From assembly GCA_947085185.1 (NCBI GenBank), contig CAMTVK010000003.1, forward strand, positions 128,001 through 192,000: a stretch of 64,000 nucleotides of DNA. Direction: 5' to 3'. Position numbers and translations under genes: made by a program. This DNA is from Candidatus Fraserbacteria bacterium. Lineage in GTDB: Bacteria > Bipolaricaulota > Bipolaricaulia > RBG-16-55-9 > DRXL01. This document shows, piece by piece, positions 1-9,868 of this stretch (position 1 is its first letter; the number at the start of each line of letters is the position of its first letter). The notes under the pieces are model-generated. The model was not told the origin of the DNA and ran no database searches. It was given only the letters and a program-made list of their open reading frames with translations.

Positions 1-1256
1 CCGATCATCTCGATATTCTTGAGAGTCTCGAAGACGTTCCCCGTCAACACGACGTCGCGCAGCAGCTCGCCAAGCTGCCCCTTGACGATCTCATACGCGT
101 ACGTAGCTTCGAAGGTGAACTGCTCGATCATCGTCTGCCCGCCAAAAGACCCACACGCGTAGATCCCGTAGTCTATATCTTTGAGCATGTGCTCGAAGGG
201 CGCTGAGCCAGGCTCAATATACGTGTTGCGCATGCGCACGATGGGCTCAAATTGATAGCTCACCGCGCGGGCGTTGCCGGTGGGCTGGGCGCCCATCTGG
301 GCTGCGGTCTGGCGGCTGTGCAAGAAACTATTTAAGATCCCGTTCTTGATGAGATAGACTTTTTGTCGTGGGGTGCCCTCGTCATCGTACTTGGAGTTGC
401 CACGCAGGCCTTCCAGATAGCCGTCATCCACGACGTTGAGCTCTTTGACGCCAAACGGACGCCCAATTTTGAGAATCTCCTGGAGCTGCGGGTGCTTGAA
501 GAGAAAATCAGCCTCACAGAGATGCCCGAACGCTTCATGGATGAAGACCCCGGCAAGATCGGGGTCCAAGATCACGGTGTAGACCCCTGCGGCGACGGGC
601 TTGGCTTTGAGCAGATTGAGCGCGCGCTGCGCGGCCTTGAGCGCTTGCTCTTCTTGGTTCTCTACGGCTTCAAAGCCCGCAAACCATCCCAAGGATTCCA
701 TGCCCCTTTGGATGTTCTTCTCCCCCTCGCGCGCCGTGGCCGATAAGAGCAGCGTTACGTCTGGACGCTCTTCTACAATAAACGTCCCCTCAGAATTGGC
801 GTAGGTCACTTCTTTGAAGGAGTCCGTATAGCGTGCATGGGTCGAGACGATCTTGGCGCTCGTCTTGAGCATAAGATCGTTATAGCTGCGCAGAAGCTCT
901 TGCTTGTGTCTGAGCGAGACAGATCGGGGATCTTTCTTGAGCGTGACACGCACCTCGTCTTGGATGACCGATGGAGGAGCCAGCGCAGCTCTCTCTGGGA
1001 CCTTGGCGCTGACAGCTTGAGCAATACGATAGGCCTCTTCGAGTCTCTTTTCGAGGTCGTCTAGGGAGTTAAAGACTGCGATCCCCCAGCCGCCACCCAC
1101 CAGACATCGCACGATCCCACCAAGCTCCGACGACGCTTCAAGATTCTCAAGATTCTCTTTGCGATACGTGACTTCCGTGCGCCACTCGCGCTCGATCCGG
1201 ATCTCCGTATAGTCGGCGCGACTGCGCTCCAACGCCCGCAAGATCTGCTCGCGCAT
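1..1256 (-). CDS. tldD: TldD/PmbA-family metalloprotease (TldD type), 3' end runs off the window
   Basis: Manual translation (absent from track): MREQILRALERSRADYTEIRIE...GVYTVILDPDLAGVFIHEAFGHLCEAD with the HExxGH motif; SD-like AAGGGG upstream. Confidence 0.88.
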   Translation of the reverse strand, partial: MREQILRALERSRADYTEIRIEREWRTEVTYRKENLENLEASSELGGIVRCLVGGGWGIAVFNSLDDLEKRLEEAYRIAQAVSAKVPERAALAPPSVIQDEVRVTLKKDPRSVSLRHKQELLRSYNDLMLKTSAKIVSTHARYTDSFKEVTYANSEGTFIVEERPDVTLLLSATAREGEKNIQRGMESLGWFAGFEAVENQEEQALKAAQRALNLLKAKPVAAGVYTVILDPDLAGVFIHEAFGHLCEADFLFKHPQLQEILKIGRPFGVKELNVVDDGYLEGLRGNSKYDDEGTPRQKVYLIKNGILNSFLHSRQTAAQMGAQPTGNARAVSYQFEPIVRMRNTYIEPGSAPFEHMLKDIDYGIYACGSFGGQTMIEQFTFEATYAYEIVKGQLGELLRDVVLTGNVFETLKNIEMI

Positions 1257-1272
1257 CGTGATCACCCCTTCT

Positions 1273-2055
1273 TTAATAGTGCCCCAGCAGCCCACGGTCA
1301 CGGGCCACGCTCTCGAGGCGCTTGAAGATCGCATATCCGATCAAAAAATACAGCGCGGAGATCGCTCCTAAAAACGACACGTCCGCGATGGGCATACTAT
1401 ACAGCGACTCTTTCCCGATCAGGACCCGTCCAATGAGATGCACCCCCCACGTCACAGGGAGGAACTTCACCCACGGCATCGTGTCGAGCACCGTCGGCGC
1501 GATGACCAGCGCCACCCACACGAACTGAAAGATCTGAAAGACCGCTTGCACTTGCTTGAAGACCAGCGCCAACCCGCCCATGGCAAACCCAAACCCGTAG
1601 ACACCCCACACCGTCAGCAGCATCAACGGGATAAGACTCACAAAGTCGAGATGGAGCCATCGGCCAGTTACGGCCATCATCAATACGAACAACCCAAGGG
1701 TGATCGTGAGGTTAATGACTAAGAACGTCAGCACATAGCTACAACTCACCCAGCCAAATCCCAAGGGGGACATATAGAGCTGCTCGAGGGTCCCCTGCTG
1801 GGCTTCGTTGATGAAATCCCACGTCAAATCTGAGAACGCAAAGATAATGAACGTCCACAGCATAAATCCCATGACGATGCCCTCAAGGGTATTGCCGAAG
1901 CTGGGATTACCGCCCCCGATGAATTTTGCTCCGTAAAAGATTACTAAGAAGATCATGATGATGCTGACGATCCCAGCGATGAGATTGAACGGGTAGCGCC
2001 AGATGATGAGAAAATTCTTCTTCATCATCGCTTTGAGCAGATAGAGATATCTCAT
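1273..2055 (-). CDS. ABC-2 type exporter permease
   Basis: About six TM segments and EAQQGTLEQLYMSP motif; start re-called at MRYLYLL with SD AAGGAG. Confidence 0.85.
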   Translation of the reverse strand: MRYLYLLKAMMKKNFLIIWRYPFNLIAGIVSIIMIFLVIFYGAKFIGGGNPSFGNTLEGIVMGFMLWTFIIFAFSDLTWDFINEAQQGTLEQLYMSPLGFGWVSCSYVLTFLVINLTITLGLFVLMMAVTGRWLHLDFVSLIPLMLLTVWGVYGFGFAMGGLALVFKQVQAVFQIFQFVWVALVIAPTVLDTMPWVKFLPVTWGVHLIGRVLIGKESLYSMPIADVSFLGAISALYFLIGYAIFKRLESVARDRGLLGHY

Positions 2056-2104
2056 AGATTGCTCCTTGCTAGACCGCCACGGTAGCGGTATCATTGTACT
2101 TGCT

Positions 2105-2434
2105 ATGAAGCGCACAGCTGTGCTTAGACGGCCAAAGAGATCGTATATCTTTCGTGTGGTCATAGAGCCTGACGAAGACGTATATCACGCGTATTGCCCG
2201 GCATTGCAGGGCTGTCACACCTGGGGCTATACATATGAAGAGGCGCTGCAAAATATTCAAGAGGCTGTGCAGTGTCATGTCGAAGCTCTCCTCCAGGCTG
2301 GAGATCCAATCCCAACTGAGCCTGACGTCGAAGTCAAGCCTGCTCCTACCGTTGTAGTGAACGTATTGAAAGCCATGCTCAAGGACACTAGATGGACAGA
2401 GGATGATCTGAAACGCCTTAAATTGCTCAAATAG
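2105..2434 (+). CDS. hicB: HicB-family antitoxin, apparently fused to a HicA C-terminal remnant
   Basis: YHAYCPALQGCHTWGYTYEEALQNIQEAV...GDPIP is typical HicB; extra tail LKAMLKDTRWTEDDLKRLKLLK; promoter-like TTGCTA-N17-TATCAT at 2066-2094. Confidence 0.8.
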   Translation: MKRTAVLRRPKRSYIFRVVIEPDEDVYHAYCPALQGCHTWGYTYEEALQNIQEAVQCHVEALLQAGDPIPTEPDVEVKPAPTVVVNVLKAMLKDTRWTEDDLKRLKLLK

Positions 2435-2436
2435 AT

Positions 2437-3399
2437 TCATTGCTTCTCACCCTTGACGATCTGAAGGAAGATCTCTTCTAAGTCGGGATACTGCTTGCCC
2501 ACCGACTCTAAGCGACAGCCGTTCTCTCGCAAAATATCAATGATCTCGTAGACTCTCTGACTATCGAGCAGCTCAGCTTCGATGACCGTGCGCGGCCCGT
2601 CCACCGAGATCTTTAACAGATCAAAGCGCGCCCTCAGACGCTGCTGTTGATGACTATTGAGATGGCCTTCGATCTCAAACCGATAGGCGCTCGCGGTGAA
2701 GAGCCTTCTCAGGTTCTCGATCTGGTCGTCTACGACTATTCTGCCGTGATTGATGATGATCACGCGTGCGCAGATATCTTGGACGACGTTCATGTCATGG
2801 CTCGATAAGAGAATAGTTCGCTGGCCTTGTTCGGCCATGCGCTTGAGAATCCAGCGCAGCTCATAGCTTGTCTCGACGTCGAGACCCAGCGTTGGCTCGT
2901 CTAGTAAGAGAATGGGCGTGCGCTTGACGAGCGCACAGGCGACTGCTAATTTCTGCTGCATCCCCCGCGAGAGTGCTCGGGCCTGCTCGTTCACTCTCTC
3001 TTTCAGATTAAAAAGCTCGATCAGCTCGTCGATATACGTCTTGACGGAGCGCAGCGATTGTCCCTGCAAGCCCGCAAAGAATTCTAAGTTATCTCTCACG
3101 GTGAGGCGCCAGTAGATATTGCGATTGCCCTCGAGCACTGCCGTGACTTTTTCGAGGGCCGCCCGGGGATTTCTGATCGCGTCGGCGCCGTCCACCCAGA
3201 TCTCCCCGGAGGTGGGGCGCAGAATAGTGCAGATGGACTTGATGATCGTCGTCTTGCCGGCGCCGTTAGGTCCCAACAGCCCGACGACCTCGTTCTTGCG
3301 CACACTGAACGAGACGTCATCTACAGCGACGGTCTCGCTTCGATGACGACTCCGATAGATCTTTCTTAAGTTTTTGACACGGAGCACTGCTTCGGACAT
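2437..3399 (-). CDS. ABC exporter ATP-binding protein
   Basis: Walker A GPNGAGKT, signature LSRGMQQK, Walker B LLLDEPT, H-loop SSH. Confidence 0.93.
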   Translation of the reverse strand: MSEAVLRVKNLRKIYRSRHRSETVAVDDVSFSVRKNEVVGLLGPNGAGKTTIIKSICTILRPTSGEIWVDGADAIRNPRAALEKVTAVLEGNRNIYWRLTVRDNLEFFAGLQGQSLRSVKTYIDELIELFNLKERVNEQARALSRGMQQKLAVACALVKRTPILLLDEPTLGLDVETSYELRWILKRMAEQGQRTILLSSHDMNVVQDICARVIIINHGRIVVDDQIENLRRLFTASAYRFEIEGHLNSHQQQRLRARFDLLKISVDGPRTVIEAELLDSQRVYEIIDILRENGCRLESVGKQYPDLEEIFLQIVKGEKQ

Positions 3400-3453
3400 G
3401 TGCTCCCCTTTCTCGATCTAAGATTACTGAATCGAGCGCATCGAAGCAACGTC

Positions 3454-3482
3454 TTGACAGCGTATCTGTCAGTAGGCATAAT
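3454..3482 (+). promoter_or_regulatory. sigma70-type promoter of ccdA-lnt
   Basis: TTGACA-N17-CATAAT, 9 nt before the ATG. Confidence 0.7.
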
Positions 3483-3491
3483 CTCAACGAT

Positions 3492-4373
3492 ATGCAGAGC
3501 GATCTAGGTATAGTTGGGTTGGCCTTAGGTGCGGGGATGGTCGCTTTCTTCAATCCCTGTGGGTTTGCCTTGCTCCCGTCGTATGTGGCTCATTATTGGG
3601 GGAGTCGTGCGAGCGTCTCAGCTGCTCCAGAGAGATGGTGGGATCGGCTCTTCCAGGGGATGGCTCTGGGAGGAGCGGTGAGCGCCGGATTCTTCACGGT
3701 CTTTTTGGTGTTGGGGATCGTGCTCTCCCTGGTAGGGACGGTGCTCGGCTCGTACTTCCCTTGGGCAGCTATGCTGGTTGGGCTTGGGCTGATTATTGTA
3801 GGGATTCGCACTTTGCTTGGGCGTGAGGTTGGGCTGGCTCTCCCATCATGGCGGGCTCGCTCTGGCTATCGCGGCGTGCTCTTTTATTATTTTTACGGGA
3901 TTGGCTACGCGATCGCGTCGTGCGGCTGTACGCTGCCGATCTTTATGATCTATGTCGTTGGGCCGGCGCTGACGACAAGCTTCTTCACGGGAATTCTCAA
4001 TTTCTTGGCGTATGCGTCGGGCATGACCCTGATGATGCTCTTGCTCTCCGTGAGCATGGCGTACTCCCAGGGGAGCCTCGAGCGTCGCTTCCCCTTAAGA
4101 CAAGCTCTGCTTGGGGTGAGCATCCCTGTGGGCATTGTATTAGTGCTCTTGTGGACACAGCCACAGATGGCGTCCAGCATAGGGGCGGCTTTTTCTGGAG
4201 CCAATCGCATCTTTGTGAGCGCTTTTGCTGTGGCATTACCGGCATTGCTCTATTTTCAGATAAAACGGTGGGAGCGCGCGACGCGCTGGCTCAACGGATC
4301 TCTGCTGTTTGCTGCCGGGATCTATGTGATTTATTATCAGATATTCGAATACGGGGTGTTCAGCTTCCGATAA
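3492..4373 (+). CDS. ccdA: CcdA/DsbD-family transmembrane thiol-disulfide electron transporter
   Basis: FFNPCGFALLPSY and ASCGCTLP cysteine motifs, multiple TM helices. Confidence 0.8.
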   Translation: MQSDLGIVGLALGAGMVAFFNPCGFALLPSYVAHYWGSRASVSAAPERWWDRLFQGMALGGAVSAGFFTVFLVLGIVLSLVGTVLGSYFPWAAMLVGLGLIIVGIRTLLGREVGLALPSWRARSGYRGVLFYYFYGIGYAIASCGCTLPIFMIYVVGPALTTSFFTGILNFLAYASGMTLMMLLLSVSMAYSQGSLERRFPLRQALLGVSIPVGIVLVLLWTQPQMASSIGAAFSGANRIFVSAFAVALPALLYFQIKRWERATRWLNGSLLFAAGIYVIYYQIFEYGVFSFR

Positions 4374-5887
4374 TGCGCCGGGCGATCTTAGCTGGGCTCA
4401 CAGCGCTCTTGGTGCTGCTGAGCATGCCTGGGTATTTGTGGGGGGAGTTGATCTTTATTGCGCTGATCCCGCTCTTTTTTGCTGTAGAGGGGAGCAGCCC
4501 GCGCCAGGGGTTTTGGCTGGGATATGGGAGCGGGGTTCTGTTTTTCGCTCTGCTCTTGTATTGGCTCTATGCGCTCTCTGAGTGGGTCGGGGTCTTTATG
4601 GTCTTTGGGCATGTGGGGGTGGCGGGGCTCTTGGGGCTATGGTGGGGGCTCTTCGGCGCAGCTTCTGGGGCGCTGCAAAGATCTGGAAAGTATTCGTGGC
4701 TTGCTGTGCCGGCCCTGTGGGTTTTTTTAGAGTATCTGCGTTCGCTGACGCGATTTGGGTTCACCTGGGGTTTTCTCAGCGACGCGCTGCGAGAGCGCCC
4801 TGAGCTCATTCAGATCGCTGCGGTGACGGGGGCGTGGGGGCTCTCGTGGCTCATCGTGCTTGTGAATCTCTTGCTCTATCGCGCTCTGCGGGAGCGGCGT
4901 CTGCTGTACGGTCTATTGGCGATAGGGCTGATCGCGCTCGATTGGGGCTGGGGAGCTTATACTCTTGCCCGTCCTCTTCCTGAGGGCCGGCCATTGCGGG
5001 TAGCGCTCGTGCACTCGAATGTGCCGCAGCGATTCCGCAGCGATCCTGGGCAGCTTCAAGTCCTGCAGACGCTCTATCTTTCCCAATTAGATCAGCTCTC
5101 TCCAGGGGATGTCGATCTTGTGCTCCTGCCGGAATCCGTTGTGCCGGCATATCTGCTCCGTCAGCAAGAGCTTCTTGAGCCGTATCAAGCACAAGCTCGC
5201 CGTCTCGGGGCTGCGCTCATTGTGGGGACGATTGATTATCGCGACAATAAGCTTTTCAATACAGCTGCTCTCATTGAGCCCGATGGAAGGGTCGCGGATC
5301 TGTACGACAAAGTTCAGTTGGTGCCCTTCAGCACCGAGTATTTCCCGTTGATCGAGCTGGTGCGGCGTATGGGTTTAGAGAATCTCATTGGGCCGTTGCC
5401 GCTGGGGGCGCTCAGTCGTGGGGAGGGCTTTTGGCCTCTGGAAAGCTCCGCAGCGAGATTGGCCACCCCCATCTGTTTTGAGTCGATCTTTCCTCAGATC
5501 GGCCGGACGTTCGTACAGAACGGCGCCCAAGCGCTTTTTATCATCACCAACGACGCGTGGTTTAAGGGCTCCAAAGCGCTCGAACAGCACTTCGCCAAAG
5601 CCGTCTTGCGCGCTGTAGAGACGGGTCGCTTCACAGTCCAAACTTCCAATGGGGGCATCTCCGGCGTCATAGACCCACACGGGAGAATCCTCACAGCAAC
5701 GCGCTCGCAAGAAGAGCAGATCCTGCACGAGACCGTGCTCGTGCAGGATCGCTTGACGCTCTACGTGCGGCTTGGAGATTGGGTCGTCTATCTGATGGGG
5801 GTCGTGCTCATCTTATTAGCAGGCATCAGATTCAGTCCCCCGGGGGTAAGACGTGTCACAGTGCCTGTCGTTATACTGACTTTATAG
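4373..5887 (+). CDS. lnt: apolipoprotein N-acyltransferase
   Basis: Nitrilase triad motifs LPES, YDKVQLVPF, PICFES, TNDAWF; start re-called at ATG 4373 overlapping the ccdA stop (TAATG). Confidence 0.9.
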   Translation: MRRAILAGLTALLVLLSMPGYLWGELIFIALIPLFFAVEGSSPRQGFWLGYGSGVLFFALLLYWLYALSEWVGVFMVFGHVGVAGLLGLWWGLFGAASGALQRSGKYSWLAVPALWVFLEYLRSLTRFGFTWGFLSDALRERPELIQIAAVTGAWGLSWLIVLVNLLLYRALRERRLLYGLLAIGLIALDWGWGAYTLARPLPEGRPLRVALVHSNVPQRFRSDPGQLQVLQTLYLSQLDQLSPGDVDLVLLPESVVPAYLLRQQELLEPYQAQARRLGAALIVGTIDYRDNKLFNTAALIEPDGRVADLYDKVQLVPFSTEYFPLIELVRRMGLENLIGPLPLGALSRGEGFWPLESSAARLATPICFESIFPQIGRTFVQNGAQALFIITNDAWFKGSKALEQHFAKAVLRAVETGRFTVQTSNGGISGVIDPHGRILTATRSQEEQILHETVLVQDRLTLYVRLGDWVVYLMGVVLILLAGIRFSPPGVRRVTVPVVILTL

Positions 5888-7041
5888 ATTTGAAATGTTC
5901 CGTCGCGGTCGGAGACGAACGCGATCTCGGTGCCGTTGGGGAGCCAGAACGGGTCGAACTCGTTTGAAGTCGGCAGGTTCGCGGTGCTCGACGACGCGAA
6001 CGTGTTGAGACTCACAATGTTTGTGCCGTCGGCGTTCATCACGAAGATATCTAAGCTGCCCGTCTGGTTGGACGTGAACGCGATCTTCGTGCCGTCGGGC
6101 GACCAGCTGGGCGGCGAGGGGAAGTTCGTGATAGGCGAGACGGCTCCGTCGTCGAAATTTGGACGTTGTGTGAGATTGGTCAGCCCAGTGCCGTCGGCGT
6201 TGATCTTCCAGATATCAAGAGCATTGGGGGCTGTATCGTTGGTCGTCACGAAGATCAGGAGATTGGGATTGGTCGGCGACCAGCGTGGGGCAAAGGCGTT
6301 TTTGGGAGAGACCGTTGTGATGCGCGTCGGGGTGGAGCCGTCGGCATGTATTTTATAGATTTCATAGTTTCCATCGCGGTTTGTGGCGAAGGCGAGCTGG
6401 GTTGCGTTGGGAGACCACGTCGGCTGAATCTCTTGACTAGCAGTCTGGGGGGTGAGATTCGTTTGGAAGGTGCCGTTGGGGAGCATAGAAAAGATATCGA
6501 ACTGGACGGCAGAGGGGAAGGGATCGGGGTCCATGTCGCGGGCGAAGGCTACGAGGTGGCGGCCGTTGGGAGCTGCAGCGGGCCATGCGTCTATTCCCAT
6601 AGTGAGCTGGGTGAGCGCAGTGCCGCTGGCGTTCATACGAAATATTCCAGGGGAAGAGACCCCATCCCAGCGCGTGAAGAAGATGCTCGTCTCTAGCACC
6701 GTGATGAAGAGCGTGAATCGGCTCTTGAGATTGGTGTTATCAGTAACAGTCAAGACGGCAGCATAGACGCCTGGGGCTGAGTAGGTGTAAGTCGCGGTGC
6801 TCCCGGTGGCGTCTACGGTCCCATCGTTATTGAAGTCCCACTCGTACTTGGAGATAGTGCCATCGGGGTCGCTTGAGCTCGAAGCGTTAAAGCTCACGGT
6901 CAGCGGGGCTTCGCCGGTCGTCGGGATGGCAACGAAGAACGCCAGCGGAGGCTGAGCCAGAGTACAACTGCTCAAAACAGCCAAGAGCACACTAAGAAGC
7001 AAGATGTGCTCAGAGCGTCGCATTAAAACTCGCATCATCAT
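5788..7041 (-). CDS. lipoprotein with PKD domain and TolB/PD40 beta-propeller
   Basis: Lipobox-like VLSSC; PKD SSDPDGTISKYEWDF; repeated P-x-W-S-P-D-G motifs; SD AGGAGG. Confidence 0.82.
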   Translation of the reverse strand: MMMRVLMRRSEHILLLSVLLAVLSSCTLAQPPLAFFVAIPTTGEAPLTVSFNASSSSDPDGTISKYEWDFNNDGTVDATGSTATYTYSAPGVYAAVLTVTDNTNLKSRFTLFITVLETSIFFTRWDGVSSPGIFRMNASGTALTQLTMGIDAWPAAAPNGRHLVAFARDMDPDPFPSAVQFDIFSMLPNGTFQTNLTPQTASQEIQPTWSPNATQLAFATNRDGNYEIYKIHADGSTPTRITTVSPKNAFAPRWSPTNPNLLIFVTTNDTAPNALDIWKINADGTGLTNLTQRPNFDDGAVSPITNFPSPPSWSPDGTKIAFTSNQTGSLDIFVMNADGTNIVSLNTFASSSTANLPTSNEFDPFWLPNGTEIAFVSDRDGTFQIYKVSITTGTVTRLTPGGLNLMPANKMSTTPIR

Positions 7042-7201
7042 ATACCTCCTGAGGGGCAGAGTGGCGTATCTGCCCTAGGCGAACGTATGAGTTCGTTCTT
7101 ACAATAAAGCAAGGGCGCTCTCGCTAGGAAGGAATGCCGTCGGGGGCATTGGGGGTGCTTTGTCCGCTTGAGAGATGACAGGTGTCGAGTACAATAAGCT
7201 T

Positions 7202-7229
7202 TGAAACTTTGCTGTGATGAGTCTGTATA
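7202..7229 (+). promoter_or_regulatory. putative ECF (SigW-like) autoregulatory promoter
   Basis: TGAAAC-N16-TGTATA, one mismatch to the SigW-type TGAAAC-N16-CGTA, directly upstream of an ECF sigma gene. Confidence 0.5.
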
Positions 7230-7257
7230 TAATCTCGACGGTAGAACGGGAGGTTGC

Positions 7258-7806
7258 ATGGGTGAGGGGGAGTTGGAATTAATCCAGCGTGCGCTCCACG
7301 GAGATGTGGGCGCCTGGGGTGAAATTGTGAGACGCTACAAAGATGCCGTCTTCGGGATTGCTTTGGGGATCTTGGGCAATCCCGCCGATGCTGAAGATGC
7401 CGCCCATGACGCGTTCATCCGTGCTTATGAGGGGCTCCATACGTTCCAGCTCGACAAGAGATTCTCGACGTGGATCTTCGCGGTGACGGCCAACGTCTGC
7501 AAGAACAAGCTGCGCCGCGAGCGGCTCTTCACCCCGCTCAAATATATCTCTAGACTGACCAAAGGGAACGACCCTGCTCAAGAGCTCGCTCATCAAGAGC
7601 GCACGCGGATCATTCAAGAATCTCTCGATCAGCTCAAGCCGGCCTATCGAATGCCCTTGGTGCTGCGCTATTATGCAGAGTTAGACTACAAAGAGATCGC
7701 GGAGGCCTTGGGGCTGCCTGAGGGGACAGTCAAGACGCGGCTCCATCGTGCCAAGGCCGAATTGAAGCGTATTCTCGAGCAGAAAGGAGTGACAGGCCAT
7801 GCATGA
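7258..7806 (+). CDS. ECF RNA polymerase sigma factor
   Basis: DAEDAAHDAFIRAY, FSTWIF, LDYKEIAEALGLPEGTVKTRLHRAK; start re-called at ATG 7258 after GGAGG. Confidence 0.92.
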   Translation: MGEGELELIQRALHGDVGAWGEIVRRYKDAVFGIALGILGNPADAEDAAHDAFIRAYEGLHTFQLDKRFSTWIFAVTANVCKNKLRRERLFTPLKYISRLTKGNDPAQELAHQERTRIIQESLDQLKPAYRMPLVLRYYAELDYKEIAEALGLPEGTVKTRLHRAKAELKRILEQKGVTGHA

Positions 7807-8332
7807 ACACAAGTTAGAGACCCTGCTCAAAGAGACGCTAACCCACTATGCCCAAGCCCATCGGGATCGGATCGCCGATCTTGAGTACAGAGTCGTAGAA
7901 GAGCTTCCGGAGAGTCGGCCAGCGCCACGAGGGCGTTGGGGTCTTGTGGGAATGAGTGCAGTCGCTGTCGCTGCGGTCTTCGTGCTCGGCCTGTGGGTAG
8001 GACTCAGTCTCTCGGGGGCTCCCTGCCATGATCCTACTGTCTTGTGCTTGGTCTACCCCCAGGCCAAGAGCGTCAGCTTGGCGAGTCAGTTTACGCTGTG
8101 GGAGCCTGTCCCTATGAACGGCCCCGATCGCAGCGGGGTCTGGTGGATCCGGCTCCCCAAAGATATCAAGCCCGGTCGGTACGAGTACGGCTTTATCGTA
8201 GATGGCGTGCGCTGGGTCTATGACCCGCGAGCGACGGAGTTCGTCCATACGTTCGATGACAAGATCAACTCGGTGCTCTATATTCCACCAGCATCTTCGG
8301 CCCTTCTCGAAGAAGGGAGGGAGCAACCATGA
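7799..8332 (+). CDS. putative anti-sigma factor: one TM helix plus CBM48/glycogen-binding-like domain
   Basis: Overlaps the sigma stop; TM segment; SVSLASQFTLWEPVPM...GVWWI...PGRYEYGFIVDGVRWVYDP. Confidence 0.75.
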   Translation: MHEHKLETLLKETLTHYAQAHRDRIADLEYRVVEELPESRPAPRGRWGLVGMSAVAVAAVFVLGLWVGLSLSGAPCHDPTVLCLVYPQAKSVSLASQFTLWEPVPMNGPDRSGVWWIRLPKDIKPGRYEYGFIVDGVRWVYDPRATEFVHTFDDKINSVLYIPPASSALLEEGREQP

Positions 8333-9015
8333 GATACTTCTTCATTGCAGCTCTGATCTTTGGGGTGGTTGGAGGGGTGGCCATCGCTCAGCCGACTCCC
8401 GAAGACGTCTATAAGTGCTTCGCGGAGCTGGGCGTCTCCGATCTCCAGACATTACAGGCCGGGTTCGCCAAGGGATTTTCTGATAAGCGCATCACGCCAG
8501 ATACGGCTCTCAAACTCTGTCAACGGTTGAAACAGAGCACAGCGCCGATCTCACTGCGCGAAGGGGTCTTGCAGATCATTGCGCGGGCCCTCTTGGAAGA
8601 GCTGCCCGTCACGATGCTCGTGGACAAAGCGTTTGAAGGCTTGACCAAGGGCGTTCCCCTTGACGTCATCAACGACGATTTACTCAAGCGAAAGACGACG
8701 CTTTCAGAGGTCAAGACGCTTCTTGCCAGCAAGGGCATTGTCATCAAGCTCACGATTCGGTTTGGGCCGGTGACGGTACAGCTCACTCTCGAAGTGGTGG
8801 ACACGACGATCACCGAGGCTGCGGGCGCGTTGGAAGACTACGTGCGTGGTGGGGGCAAGCTCGACGACGCGAACGCGATCAAGTCTGCCGTGCAGCTGCG
8901 CCTGTCGCGCAATCCCGTGATCCCGCAAGCATTGACAGCGTATATCGAACAAGTCGTCAGCGCAGCCGAATGGGCTCAGATTGCCCAGAATATCGCCAAG
9001 CGTCTGAAGAAGTGA
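8329..9015 (+). CDS. secreted helical hypothetical protein
   Basis: Signal peptide ending AIA-Q; ATGA overlap; SD GGGAG. Confidence 0.7.
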   Translation: MRYFFIAALIFGVVGGVAIAQPTPEDVYKCFAELGVSDLQTLQAGFAKGFSDKRITPDTALKLCQRLKQSTAPISLREGVLQIIARALLEELPVTMLVDKAFEGLTKGVPLDVINDDLLKRKTTLSEVKTLLASKGIVIKLTIRFGPVTVQLTLEVVDTTITEAAGALEDYVRGGGKLDDANAIKSAVQLRLSRNPVIPQALTAYIEQVVSAAEWAQIAQNIAKRLKK

Positions 9016-9042
9016 ACCCAATGAGGCTCAGAAAGGAGCTCT

Positions 9043-9852
9043 ATGCTCAGAGTTTTCATGCTTGCAGTTTGTGTGTTCTCTCTCTCTCGTTGGGAGGAGC
9101 CGGCACCCACGATCATGGCTGATCAACTGCTTTTGGCAGGCAAGTTCTATCGGATCGCACTCCCACGCATCGAAGCAGATGTGAGCAAGATCATCGAGTC
9201 TGCCAAGCTCGCGGGGTTTTCGGTACGCATCGCTCAAGGGGACACCGTCCGATATTTTCTTGGGACGCAATTCTGTTCGGACTGCACCCCGGAGAACGAG
9301 CGAGAGCGTCTCCCGTTTCCTCATCTCTTTGTGGACGGCGAGCTCTTGTGGCTTCGGGCTGGTGGCTCGCTTTCTACGTACAATCTGCGACCGGCCCAAA
9401 GCCAAGGCTACGAGCTCATTGTTGCTCCCAAGGCGACCCTGAGTGCCTCGGCGATCCTCGAGGAGATCGGACGACAGCTCGTACAGCTTTCGATCGTCTC
9501 TGATCCACTGCTTCCCCTGACAGGAGAAGAGCTGACCGTGGTGCCGGGCGTCAAGCCTCCAAAGCCTCCCGAAGGCGTTCGCCTTGATTCCGTGCTCTAC
9601 GCACTGATGCTCATGCCCGACTGGTACGAATTTGCCCCCCAACAGAGATTGGAGCTGTGGGGGCTGCGCGTGCGGGTGATCGTCGAGTTAATTGCTCCCC
9701 ATGCCCAATTAGCCCCAACTCATAATCTCATTATCGAAGCGCGTTCGCCCTCAGGGCTGATGCGCGTGCTCGTCCCGATCCATCAATTAGTCACGTTAGC
9801 GAGCGATCCGGCAGTGAAATTCGTCCGTCCGCCCTCACAGCCAGGACTGTAA
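9043..9852 (+). CDS. hypothetical exported protein with subtilase-propeptide-like C-terminal domain
   Basis: SD AAGGAG; C-terminus RLDSVL...KFVRPP resembles the propeptide of the next gene. Confidence 0.65.
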   Translation: MLRVFMLAVCVFSLSRWEEPAPTIMADQLLLAGKFYRIALPRIEADVSKIIESAKLAGFSVRIAQGDTVRYFLGTQFCSDCTPENERERLPFPHLFVDGELLWLRAGGSLSTYNLRPAQSQGYELIVAPKATLSASAILEEIGRQLVQLSIVSDPLLPLTGEELTVVPGVKPPKPPEGVRLDSVLYALMLMPDWYEFAPQQRLELWGLRVRVIVELIAPHAQLAPTHNLIIEARSPSGLMRVLVPIHQLVTLASDPAVKFVRPPSQPGL

Positions 9853-9868
9853 AGGAGCTGAGAGACTT

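Noticed and set aside
3848..4372. Long N-terminal extension of Lnt in the track
   Set aside because: It overlaps ccdA; the ATG at 4373 coupled to the ccdA stop gives a normal Lnt.
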